Translations under genes and position numbers: made by a program
The notes under the pieces: generated by a model
The model's database searches: none
Told to the model about the DNA's origin: nothing
The model's input: the letters and a program-made list of their open reading frames with translations, nothing else
In this document: piece after piece, positions 1-11,869 of the stretch
Layout of the letters: the number at the start of each line of letters is the position of its first letter
How positions within the stretch are numbered: the stretch's first letter is position 1
Assembly (NCBI GenBank): GCA_964187785.1
Contig: OZ076409.1
Span: forward strand, 55,864,001 to 55,928,000
Direction: 5' to 3'
Source of the DNA: Amphiscolops sp. MND2022
Taxonomy: Eukaryota
Length of the DNA stretch: 64,000 nt

Positions 1-2
1 TG

Positions 3-1424
3 CCGAATCTTCCCCTAAGTGGAGGATTTGAAAATGTCCTAACAGCAATTGACGTATTCTCTAGATATTTGTTCGCCTATCCTCTTACGGACGCATCGGC
101 GATCAACGTAGCAAAAGCCCTCATTGACATTATGACTAAGCACGCATATTTACCGACAACACTTATTACTGACAAGGGTACTGCATTTACGTCCACGATC
201 ATTGCGGAAATTACGCAAATTTTGGGCATAACACTCAAATGTGCAACAACAAAACACCCACAAACAATTGGGAAACTGGAGCGGACCCATGCCTCGCTGA
301 AAACAAACCTCAAAATGCCATGTGGAGAGTACCGCCGACAATGGCACAAATACTTGCCACTAGCAGTACTAAATCACAACACTAGTTATCATGCCAGCAT
401 CGGTTGTGAGCCGACGAGAGTATTTCATGGAAGAATTCCATATAATATCTTGGATCACAAGCTTGGAAATAATCCAAACGAGCAAGTCAACCCAACAACC
501 GAATTTGCTGAAGAAATCCAAAACCGGACAAAAATCCTGATTGACAAAACAAAGCAGAACATTATGCAGTCGTATATCAAGTAAAAAGAATATTACGACC
601 GCAAAGCAAAAGCTGCTCCATTAAAGGAGAATGATTACTGTTTCGTCTTACAGCCGAAAGCGGATCATCAAGGATCAAGAATCCCATTCCGCGATTATCG
701 TTGAGTTGGACCATTTGTAATCCAAAAAGTCCTGCCTAATGAAAGGTATATCGTACGACGACTTAATACAAACAAAACTCAAATATTGCACTGAATTCGC
801 CTCAAAAAGTTTGTCCCCAAGCAACCGCTTGAGGACAATTTCCGAGAACAGCAATTACAGCCTGATGAAGAGATTGTCATTCTGCAAGATGACTTATATA
901 TCATAACGTGGGAAACAGACTTTGGCGAGCAGCTAATTACACGAGGACACAATCCTATTCCGACTAGCATGCCGAACGGCGAACGGCCGAATGCGGCAGA
1001 ACCGAGTCACAGTGACGTAGACGAGAACGAAGCGGATTACATAATCACGCGAGTAGAATTAAACAACGTCAATGCGACGCACAGCCAGAACGACCGCTTA
1101 AGTGATGACGTCACTAAAAGAAATGAAACTACTACAGTGACAGAAAATGAAGAATCTGATTGGCCGAATCTGGCCGTTTCCCCAAAAAACCAAGAAAAAC
1201 CCTTGCCGAATACCGCAGATAGACCGGAAAACGATGAAATTTTTTCAGAAAGAAACTTGGCGAATGAAAACGATACACAAAATTCTCCAAACAGGGGGGA
1301 TGATATTATCGTGCCCGAAATATCTGAAAACGATGCTAGAAATGAAAGTCTGAGCCCTAAAGGAGGGAGGTATAATCTCAGGCCTAATCCCAACCCAAAC
1401 TACTCAGAAGACTTCAGATACTAA
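3..1424 (+). pseudogene. pol: Gypsy pol C-terminus: integrase catalytic core, GPY/F-like region and acidic tail, interrupted by in-frame stops
   Basis: One frame reads PNLPLSGGFENVLTAIDVFSRYLF...ITDKGTAF...TIGKLERTH...VGPFVIQKVL...RYNLRPNPNPNYSEDFRY*. Stops at 582-584, 702-704 and 792-794. Homologous to ORF 60449..61603. Confidence 0.93.
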
Positions 1425-1650
1425 GAATTGAATTTTCCCGCAAATGGGAGTTCTTTTCTTTATCTTTTGTGTTTTTTTTCGGCCCCTCTGACATCTTCTG
1501 AATAAATAATGGGGCATTCTAAAGGGTCCCTTGCAAAAGAGAATAAATATGGGACCAAGAAACCAAGAAACAAAATAGAAATAAATAAAACAGCAAAGAA
1601 ATTAACAAAGTTTACAGTCAGAGTGTACATATATACATATGTACAAATTA

Positions 1651-4600
1651 CTACTTCGGCGACCCTTGCCTAGAGACACTCTTTACAGAAGAAGACGTGG
1701 ACTTGGTTCCAACACTACCAGAACGCTTTCTCTTCAAGCTACTAGGGATGTCCAAGGCAGGCTGCTTGCTTAAGGCACTGGACGACGCAGTCTCTTCCAC
1801 AGTCCTGACGCTGGCAGAAGGGGCAACAGAAGCAGCCTTGTACGACGATAACAGAGACTTATAAATCCGAGACCGCCCAAACGAATCGACAAAAGTCCAT
1901 GGATCGTAGTCGTTAGCGAAGGCGGCTCGTCCAAAATCCACAGATAAGAGCGAGAACTTTGCCAGGCTATCATCGCTGCTACAGTGGGCAACTGAGTCAG
2001 GCACACCAACCATGTAGCTTTGGGACGGGAGCGCCACATCGGTGAAACGTCCTTTGAAATCCGAAGTGTTAATACCCCCGATAACGACAGCGGATAGTGT
2101 AGGGCTGCTAGATGTAAGACAGAGGCAACAGAGCTTAAACAAATACAGAAGGCGAGGTCGATCATGAAGAAATTCGAGACCTATCAAGAATCCAATCAGA
2201 TCTGGCGATGTCTCAGTGACGTCAAAATTAGAGGGATATGTACCTCGGAGATAATCTAAGAGTTCAAGGTACTCAGTTCGGTAAGTGGTCTCATCGGCGC
2301 TGGTCACCCAGGAACGCAGAAGGAAAGTAGTGTATAGGGTCTCAAAATGACGAAGAGCAACTTCAATTGGCCGCTTATGGAGAATAGAGGGATCAAAGGC
2401 GGCAAGTTCCTTAACAATGTCTGAGTTCAACCCAGACTGACGAAGGATAGTATCAAGTAGGTAGCCAATGTACTGGCATGCACTAGTTGCAAAACTTGTC
2501 TTCACCGTCTCAGTAGTCATTTGAAAAACAGATGGAGAAAAATCGCTCCCAGAGTGAATCCCTTCCGCCTTCTGTTTACTGGCAGTACTGACTTTCTGAG
2601 TGAGCTTCTGCCGGACAAGGAACTAGTCCACACCCATGTATTTTCCTTCCGAGGTTTTGAAGGCAAGAAGGACGAACCAGGCATTCTCGAGTGGTGTAGT
2701 ATCAGGAGTATAACATCGGAAGCACAACTTGTGGATGAAGCGGCATACCTCTCCACACAAATAAAACGATGCATCTCGCCTCTGGCTCAAATTAACGACG
2801 AAGCTGGTCACGTCTGAAAACAGAAGCCTATGTCCAAACTCGGACATACAACCGGGTTTCTAAACAATACGAACCATACTAACAATCACTGACGAGAAGT
2901 CGGAAATCTCCAGCTTAACCACGAAGAATTCGTCGCATATGAGTGACCATTCGAAACTCTGTACCTGTAACAAAATGCGCCGTGAAAGTCCTATAGTAGC
3001 AAACCCAGAGATAAGGAAACTAAATCCTATACAAGGGACTAATGGAAACTTAGTCAGGGAAGATAACCCACCCTGGTATGCACTCCTTGCCCTTCCTGCC
3101 TGGGAGAATACTTCGTCAAGTATTGGGTGATCTGTTTCCAATGGACAACCAGTTCGCGGCAAAGTTCAGGAATTTCCTGCAGGTTTAGTTTGCTGGTAGC
3201 TATAGCCTAAAAAGAACAAACCCTGGTAAACATGAGGCTTAATAGCAACTGGATTACAACTTAACCCCTTCCAGTCCCATAGTCCAATTACATTGTGATC
3301 TACTAACACGGCTGAGGTTGGTGGACTTGAGGGCCCATGGCTCGGCATTTGAGTTCCCAAGGGAGATGACCAGAGCTTGCAGTACAGAGAAGAAATCAAT
3401 CTTCCCGAACACAGAGTAGCTCAGCTTGTGCATCAAAGTGGGAAGGTCCAAGCTGTCGAACCGGAAGCAGGTCTGGATTCCTCGGTTAAAGAAAGATGAC
3501 TGATTGAGAGTCTGAATCAAACCAGTGGGGTCTCCGGAGCAGGCAACAATATCGACACGCGTGGACGTGACAGAAAGCAAACGAGCTAGACACCCCAGCT
3601 CACCAGTCAAGTTTGTGGTCGGCAAGGCACTTCGGCACACGAACACTCGGCACAGATCGCTGCCCTTCCAGATTCGTACTGACATAAATCTGAAGGTCTT
3701 CCTCTTCTCGAACTCCACAGAGAAACACTGCTCGTTAGTGACTTGCTCAGCGATGTCCTCCATCGCCCCATTGAAATAATGCTGGAAGATGACCTGAACA
3801 AAACAGTACATTTAGACGTTAACCAAAGACGCAAGGCTAGAACAAACGGTGTGGATACTTACGGTGAGCCGTTCTGCCCCCCAGTCGAAGTCACACAACG
3901 AAGCCTGGTAGTTGGTGAAGGAACTGACTCGGGCCCACAGATTTCGGAGAAGAGAAAGGTCACCTCGGGTCTTGATAAAGTCAGCCACAATGCAGATCTG
4001 AGTTTTGGACTAAGGAGTGACTAAGGCTGTCGTATGCCCTTTCATGAAATCATCGTAAAAGGAAAACCTTTCCCCTATGTCCACGAGCTCAGCATGGATA
4101 AATTTGGGCAATTCATCGGCAAGCTTTAACATGTTGAGAAGTTTTCCGTCTCGCCCCCTTACTCGGTGTTGCACCTTTCCAGTTATGGGGTCAACTGTTT
4201 TGAGGTGTTCATAACGCCACCTCTGGTCTCGGCGCAGGTGCTTCTCGCTTCTGTGGTGACGCAATATTTCAAGAGTCCTTTTGGTCTTTATGGAGAAATT
4301 CCGTTTGCAAATATGGCACCAGACCATAAGCGGATTATGCAATGGATCGGCAGGTCCTGAGATGAAAGACCTGGTCCAACCGATCTTCCTGAAGAATTCC
4401 TCCCGCATTTAGACTCCTCTACGGGACACCCCCTAGTCTTCTTAGTCTTCTTGGGAGAAGGCTCTTCGTGGGACTTCCCAACTCGGGACTGTTCACGTAT
4501 CTCTGATAGCGTGGCGTCCTGACTAGTGAAGTCACTTGTTCCCACTTCGTCCGAAGAACTGACGTTAGGCCTGGCAGTGCTTGTGGTAGCAGAAGGTCCG

Positions 4601-5750
4601 ACAAGGGCTGGTTTTGCAAACGAAGCGGCTATAAGTGCCATTTCAGTGGCGCCATCACTTTCCTCACAGCTCGTGACATTGTCCGAAATTTGCCCAGAAA
4701 TTGAGTGCCTAGGCAACTCTGAACCTGACTCGGACTCGAAACTGGAATCGTTAGAGTCGCCTCGTGCGGGTGTTTGTGCACGGGTCCTCAGCCTGAAATG
4801 GTCAGTTCGTGGTTGACTAGTGGTCGGTTGTCCCTTCAGAGCGTCCAAAATCATTTTCTCCATCGTAGTGTATGTGAGACTCATGGTCTCGTTGGTGAGG
4901 ATTTTGAGCAAGTGATATATCTGACCCTCTGAGAAGGCTACTGTTGGATGCCCTAGAGGAAGGCGAAATGCTTCCGCAGTCTCAAAATACTCTTTCAGGA
5001 GAGCTCGACTACGTCCTGATAGCTCATGCAGTTTGAAACGAGCTTGGCCAGTAGATGTACTGGGGGCAGCAGCATCAATCTGGTGGGAGCTAGACTCATC
5101 TCCTCCTTCCGTTCCCGACTCAGATCCTTGGGGAATCCCCGAGTATAGAAGAGGCACGGTTGGGTCTTCACTCTCTTCGAACAGTTCCCCCTCACTTGCT
5201 TCAGTGAGGTACCGCACGACGCTCGCCCCGTCAGGCAAGGGAGGGGCGTCATGGAGAGAGGAGGAAGTATCTTCTTCTGACGGTCTCCTTTCTTCTCTTG
5301 ATTCTTCGCCTTCATTATACTGAACTAGGAGTAATTCAGTCAATTGGGTCCTGGATATTGGAGCAATTTCGAGGTTGGCCTCAATGGACGTGAAGCTTGC
5401 AACACCCTGTCTGGTTTGGGGTTTAGGCTCGGGAGTACTAGTACGGTTGCGAATATCAGGTGCAGAGGAATTCTCCCCAGACTCGTAGTTCTTGGGTGGC
5501 TGTTCATCGGCGGGATTAGCAATGATGGTTTCTTCTTGAATAGAAGATTGGACTTTCTCCATAATCCGGACCATCGTCTCAGCGAAAACGTAGACATCGG
5601 TTTCACTATCCACACTCTGAGGGGACACTTGCAGTCCACTTTCAGATGTATGCGGAGCCTGAGTTGTAGGATCGTCGGGAGTTCTAACACTTGTGGGGTC
5701 TGGTGTCTGAAAAATCCATTCTACCGCTTTTGAAATCTTCCGGAAGTGTC
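1651..5750 (-). pseudogene. Antisense intron-containing cargo gene of element A: long disordered N-terminus, C-x2-C-x16-H-x5-H zinc finger, hAT-transposase-like body lacking evident catalytic motifs
   Basis: ZnF WCHICKRNFSIKTKRTLEILRHHRSEKHL in ORF 4010..4408. GT-AG introns at 3862-3794, 3307-3207, 3071-2965 and 2883-2814 join the ORF pieces. Homologous exon by exon to 55366-59700. Carries a few stops and frameshifts; the 5' end is unresolved. Confidence 0.75.
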
Positions 5751-6776
5751 TTGAAAATCAATAGAAACGTGTTAACACGTGGCTCATGATGGAAACAGGA
5801 AGCAAATATGAACAAATTTCGACGTTGATCAAGTTGAGTTAGTTCAAAATGAAAACCAGACAAACCTGTGTTATGAGACATGTGGATGATTCTACGTCGT
5901 TGGGACAGCAATCCTTATGGGATTCTAGAAGATGGGGATAGTGGCCGGGCGCGGCTGCAGTTGAAGAGAAGACACGAAGAAACCCAAATGGGGAGAATCC
6001 AAAAACGGAGTCAGGAGTGAAAGAGGGTTACGGTTGTTAGCAAGGATCCAATTATAAAGAAAGCAGAAATGTAAAGAATTTGAACGGTAAAAGAATCGAA
6101 ATTCTGTAACAATTAGTAAATTGAAAGTTGGAGTTCGTGGCTGAAGAAAATTACCAGAATAATATTATTGAATTATCTACATATTTAAAATGTACATGGA
6201 GTCTGCCAGCGAAATGTACAGAAGACCTTCTTTATATGCAACTTATTCAATTAGTGGCCAAATATGGCTGTTTGTCCCATTTTGTTTTACCGTTTTGTTC
6301 CACTATTCTAGTTCTGTTCAGTTAGAATGTTTGCCATTTTGAATTATTCGAGATTATTATTTTTTGCCATTTTATTATTCATTTTTCAAATTATCGAAGC
6401 TTGGCTCTGACTGGCCGAAGCCATTACGAGAAATTTTGGTGACGCGTGCCGTTAATTGCTTACAAGCGACCCGTTAATTACCCACTTGAGACGGGTGTAG
6501 TTGATATTCATAAGTCGAGCGCCATTTACACCTCTTCTAGTGATGACACTGATGAGGGGTAAACATCAGGTTATCAAAAGAAGCCGACTAATTATGAAAT
6601 TCCATTCAAGAATGTTTGTGACGAATAGGGGCAATCGACCAAAGTTTTAACCGCCAAATTGAAACTTCGGGAAAAAGCCTAACTCGGCTAGATTCTTGGT
6701 TCAGACAAATTCATTCTACCTAAAACTTCATCTCAACTCAGTTGCAAAAGCTTCAAAAATAGTAAAGAAAGTCATC

Positions 6777-7561
6777 ATGAACAAATATAACCTCGCAAGG
6801 AAACTATTTGGTCTGGAAGAATCTGACTCTGATGATTCTGGAAGATCAGTAATATATATATCGAGCAGCGAGGAAGAGTCATCAGATTGGGAGACCGACT
6901 GTTCCACAGACGCGGAGCAGCTTGTTGCGAGAATCGAAAGAGAAGTCACCTCCAGCCCCATGCTAATCGGGGGCCGCATAATGACTACGGAGGAATCTTC
7001 AGAAGACGAACCAGAAGCTGGCCCCAGTTCTTCCCAGAAGCGAACAGACGTGATTCCGAAGTTTGACCACAAGTACTTTGACGAGGAGATGTGTTACGCT
7101 CCCCCAAAGAAAGCAGCTAAATCTCGAATTGAACTTTGCAAAACCCTAATGCCCGTGCCAGAGTCGCCTATGTCACCGCCTGATCACGAAAGAGGGCCGA
7201 GTATGGATACCCCCTGATGCAGCCTGTTATGGGAGGTTTTCATGCCTCCTATCATGTGCAAAGCACCAGGCCCTACGAGAATATTAGCACGAAGTTTTAT
7301 TCAGGATGCATGGTCTGTGGCAGATCTTCAGAGGCAATCAAGAAGGAGAAGGTGGAATGGTACGTCCCGAGGTCCAAGCCTAGAGGGGAACCCGAATACA
7401 TAACAAAGATCAGAAGGGAAGCGTACGAAAATGGACTGAACGCTGGCGCCTTTCTCTTTATAACACCCGCAGTGTCGCAGGCTGCCGCCTGTGACGGTAC
7501 TTTAATAACGACGACAGCGACAAGCCAAGAGACATTGCTCCGAACTTTGCCTACATTTTGA
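6777..7561 (+). CDS. Sense accessory ORF(s) of element A: acidic/Ser-rich N-terminal part plus a CxxCGR domain; split at a TGATG overlap (7215-7219)
   Basis: GCMVCGRS...RREAYENGLNAG...SQAAAC matches GNCHWCGRT...RSRAYL(N/D)GFEAA...QPRAC in ORFs 53187..53540 and 48903..49256. Confidence 0.6.
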
Positions 7562-8479
7562 GCAAGTATATTTTGTATTTCAAAACTTACTTTTAGTAAC
7601 AATATTTGCTCTCAAACCATTACATTTTCCAATACGTTGCAGTTCATATTAGTCTGTTAATATTACGATTTGGGATAGGCCAAATCAGTTTGCTGTTGTA
7701 TTTACTGTAGAATAGAATCAAAATGCCAGATTGATTTGATGCAATAACAAACAACAAGCAAGTTAATTGCGAGAAGGAAACGTGTTCAAGTGCGGAAACG
7801 CCCTTTCTCGGCGACGTAACTTGCTGTACATTGTCAGCCAATCATATCGTTCCTTTTTGAATTATGGGCGCTTTTATTACATAATGGCCGAATAAGGCCT
7901 TTTGACTTAACGCAGTGCACGCCTGCTGGTATTTATGTCAAATGGCCGGTTCTGGCCAATTCATGCATTATAGTATTTTGTTGTCTAATTAAGCAAGTAA
8001 TTACTCGGAGCTAACTTTCCAAGATTTGAAACTAAATTAAAGCATTTGTAACGCTTTAATGTCTGTACAATCTTAACCTAAAAAGATGGACGATTAAGGC
8101 CATCTTACAATGTCTCTTTGAAAGTTGTGTATTTTATGATTTTGGGCCTATTCCGGCCCTAACATGAAAGTGCGTTCTCATATATATTTGGATTGTATTG
8201 AAGCAATATACACGTGATGATGCATTCCACTCTCAATAACTCGTGTCGGCACGTGCCTTTACTACACTCCGCTGTAAGGAATGTGAGCGGAGGCATTTGT
8301 TGACGCTTTGATATGATGTTTCAGTTAATAACTGATTTGATACTTCTGTCTTGATCAAATGACCTTTGAATGCCATTTCCTAAATGTCCCCTAATAATAT
8401 GCAGTTGTCGGGACATTCTCTGTGAAGTAATAAATCACGTGATTCCATTTTTCTTGACTAGTTATGTAAAGTATGTGAA

Positions 8480-9212
8480 TGTCATCCCCTCATGAGTATA
8501 TATACTGATACTCGGCCTGAGTGGGACACAATTCATTTGAGACGCTACTAGTAAAGATTGAACTACAAACGGCTTCGCTGTTATTTTCCGTATTGAATAA
8601 TTCATTGTTAATTCGGAACTGTTTCTATGCCTACTACTAGAAAACAGTCAAGAAAGTCAAGAGGACTCGAAATGCTGTCAGATATCGAGAACGTAGACAT
8701 TATGTTAGGTGAAAATCACTTCAACGCAAGAGAGAGAAAGAGAGAAGGTAGTTTGAACAGTAACTTGCGTAGAAGGTCTAGAAGCTTCGCAAGCAATGAA
8801 TCTGAGAATGAAAATGGAAATGTAGGTAGAAATCAGAGAAATGATCACGCTAGAACAAATACCGAATATGATCAAAATTCAGTTACAGCCAACTCTAGTG
8901 CTGAGATTAACAGGTTGTCAAGTGAATTGAATTCCCGCATTTCACGGGAAATGGACGAGATGATGAATTCTGTGAGTGTTCAGATACAGAGGGCCATAAG
9001 CGACGCGATAAGCACTCAGGTACTTCCTCAAATCCAAAACGTTATTATGGCCGGATCGGGACAAGGGACCAGAAAATGATGGGACGTTCCGGCTGAGAGA
9101 CCGGAACTGCCTTCCGAAGTTCAGCGAAACTTGAATGCGAAAAACAGCTTAAGAAATGAACAAGATGGGAACCAGTCAGACAATGATTTTCCTGGTTTAA
9201 ATGTTCATGACA
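8480..9212 (+). repeat. Putative 3' LTR of element A containing the N-terminus of a gag-like ORF (ATG 8627)
   Basis: Terminal inverted TGTCATC...CATGACA. ORF MPTTRKQSRKSRGLEMLSDIENVDIMLG is homologous to the ORF in 16144-16743. The left boundary is uncertain because no clear PPT is visible. Confidence 0.5.
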
Positions 9213-9948
9213 AGAATAAAAAGTGGAGATTTGGCAACATTTATAAAAAACAACGCATCGCAGATTATGATTTTACTTCCCCTACACAAATAAAATTGTG
9301 TTGGCGGAAAATAATAAAAACTTGTAATGACAAAAAGAATATAAATAATGACGATGATCTCTTACAGGAAAAGCTGAGAAGCCCGACAACATAATCTGAC
9401 GATTCATAAAACCGCCATATACGGACATTAACCAAGAGTACGAAGCCAACCGTAAAACACGAAAATCCGATTGCGTCCGTGAAGGGAAATGTGACATGCA
9501 GATATCAAAAGACAATCAGAAATTATCTGAACTAGTTTAGTACGCAGACAATAGAGAGTTGTAGACTATCATAATCTAAACACGACGTGTCATTTATGTC
9601 GATAGTTTGGTATTGTAGAACATAGAACACATCGTTATGTTAAGAGATTAGTTGAAGTTTACCTAATACCATTGTGCTTTTATCAACGAGATTGAGGATT
9701 TTAACAACTATATTTTGAGTACTTTTCCCCTCTGTTACTGACATTTTCGAAAAGAGCGGAGTTTGAGGTAGACAAAATTAGATTTCTGTTTCCGTTGTTT
9801 TTTGAAACATTGATACTTTTTTAAAAGTTTTCGATGTTAAACGGCGTTCCAAACTTATTCCCAAACAAGGCTCTATTCTTTTATTACCGGACTCGGTGTA
9901 ATATATACTATATATATCATATGATAACACTTTCAAGTCATTTCTAAC

Positions 9949-10225
9949 CCATGATAGCTCTTCCAATGAAGAACATTTCGTAAGAATTAGCATAATAGCA
10001 TAGGGATTGCAAAAGAGATCCAACTAGCAGGAGAACGTTGTTTCCCAGCATGATGCGCTTCCGTCCATATTTTTTGCTTAGAAGGGCTGCCAAGATACAA
10101 CCCAGAGGAGCAAAAAGGGCCCATACTGCCACACATGACGCCCAGAACCATTTGAGACTCGTTTCTGAAAATTTGGATCCAGTTCGTTCAAGCTTTGCTT
10201 CTTGGAAAAAGTCTTTGATGTTGCC
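9949..10225 (-). CDS. SLC2A: SLC2A/GLUT-family transporter gene B, coding exon 2
   Basis: TTTAG|GNIKDFFQEAK...WFWASCVAVWALFAPLG...KYGRKRIML...YEMFFIGRAIMG|GTTAG. 277 nt, the same length and phases as exon 2 of gene A. Confidence 0.9.
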
Positions 10226-10469
10226 CTAAATAGACAATGGTTATAAAAGCAAGACGCCCGCTAAGCACTGGGATATTTTCCTCCCTTTTCGCCTTCACCA
10301 ACTGAGCCATTGCTATTTTGGGAGGGGGAATAGAATCTAGAGATTAAGATCTAAAGATAGTGATTTTAGATCTTACTCCCTTTAGATCTTATTCCCGTCC
10401 TGAAATTTTAGATCTTATTCCCCTTAGATGTTATTCTCTTTTTTACTTTAGATATTATTCCCTCCTCTC

Positions 10470-10506
10470 AGTAGGGAGGCTGAGTAACTTACTCAGCCTC
10501 CCTACT
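10470..10506. repeat. Perfect palindrome (18-bp arms, 1-nt centre) beside degenerate TTAGATCTTATTCCC repeats (about 10340-10460) in intron 1 of GLUT gene B
   Basis: AGTAGGGAGGCTGAGTAA-C-TTACTCAGCCTCCCTACT. Confidence 0.85.
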
Positions 10507-11202
10507 CAGCCTTGAAGGAACTGAGTAAGTTGAGTATGTAGTACAAAGTGGAGTTTTGGCGGAATTTGGAAAAAAAGCAACACAGATGATGATTTTCCTC
10601 CCCCATTGAAAATGCGGGTCGGAAAATAAAAGGTTGGCTCAAATTGCTGTCTCAAGAACGCTACCAGTGAATGTTTTATACTACTACAGATTACTGAGTT
10701 GGTCTACCGATAGAAAAGTGGGTGAAATCTCGCCATTCAAAAACGTGCTTTGTTTTCACATTTTTACACTGAAATGGTGAAATACTATAGAAAACTGAAA
10801 AAAGGAGCTTTTTAAGTGCCAAGGCGGTCTCTTTTGAAACCAAAACAGATTTCGATGAATACATTTTAAAATTATAGAGAAAGTTTTTAATAGTCTTCGT
10901 TTTGAAATTCTCCTCCAGGTCTCAAACTGCTCGCATTTGAATTCAAAGTGATTTTTTCAAAGGAGCAAAAGCATTTTATGAAATGAATGATTGGGCTTGT
11001 AAGGGCGTCCTTATTAGCAATGTCATTGATTTCACAATAAAAAACATTCTGCTGAAATTGAAAAACTTATTTATTTTGTTTATCTTGCGTTTATAGCCAA
11101 AAACTTACTATTCGACAGAAATGTAATGTAATTCACATACTGGAAACGATCAACGTGATTTTTGTCTCCTGTGCAATGTGAGAAATATTTCTATCAACTA
11201 AC

Positions 11203-11361
11203 GGCGGGGTTATTGATCACTCCGGTGGTATACCCAAAAATGAAAGCAGTTCCACACACGGAGCTGAATGCAGACAGAACAAGTTTCCCAGTCACGTGTT
11301 TTGGCTTCCTAACAGCCGTGTACTTGTCCGAAGTCGTAGTTTGAGCTTCCAAAGTCGCCAT
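11203..11361 (-). CDS. SLC2A: SLC2A/GLUT-family transporter gene B, coding exon 1
   Basis: ATG at 11361: MATLEAQTTTSDKYTAVRKPKHVTGKLVLSAFSSVCGTAFIFGYTTGVINNPA|GTTAGT. Contains the GLUT TM1 motif FGYxTGVIN; phase 0. Not in the supplied ORF track. Confidence 0.9.
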
Positions 11362-11869
11362 TGTTTTCTCGCTGGTTTTTAAACAACTTTATGTCAGCTA
11401 AAAAAAACGAAAGAGGCTCGCACGTCATTATGATAACAATTGTGCATAGGTAAACACAAGAAGATGAGCATGCTAACGGTTAAAGAGGACAATTAATTTC
11501 ATAACATTATATTTATCGTGTAAAAAGTCTGAATGACCGATTAAACAGTTGATTCAGTGGACGAAAAACAATGTAGAGAATGTGATCATGACAGCGCATA
11601 ATGTCAAACTTTTCTTTCAAGTTCATGAATTTCGTTTGGCAATTTTCTAAAAAAATCAACTAGTACTCTCATTTCAGCAAATTCAGAAACGTTCTTTACT
11701 GAAACTCAGGGGCATTCCATTAATTACCAGTGATAGTGAATGGGTCGCCAGGGATTGAACTATATAAAAACGACAGTGCTTCCGGGTATCTTTGGTGTAA
11801 AAATGGAACTGCCATTGGCCATCCGTGATTATAGAAGAAATGTCATCCGTGATTTTAGATGAAATGTCA

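Larger units (their letters stand above)
1..9212 (+). mobile_element. Ty3/Gypsy LTR retrotransposon 'A' (3' portion, truncated by window start): integrase, antisense spliced cargo gene, sense accessory ORF, putative 3' LTR
   Basis: Integrase core and pol tail at 3-1424. Same gene order as the minus-strand element at 51695-64000. Putative LTR end ...CATGACA at 9212. Confidence 0.85.

Noticed and set aside
1500..1590. AATAAA cluster after pol as a subgenomic poly(A) signal
   Set aside because: Not seen at the equivalent position in element B; explainable as the complement of a T-rich 3' UTR of the antisense gene.
7215..7219. TGATG stop-start as coupled termination-reinitiation
   Set aside because: A 1-nt loss in the preceding C-run restores DTPLMQP, matching NTPVMP in element B, so a frameshift lesion is the simpler explanation.
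6696..7561. env gene
   Set aside because: No evident signal peptide, furin site or transmembrane anchor.
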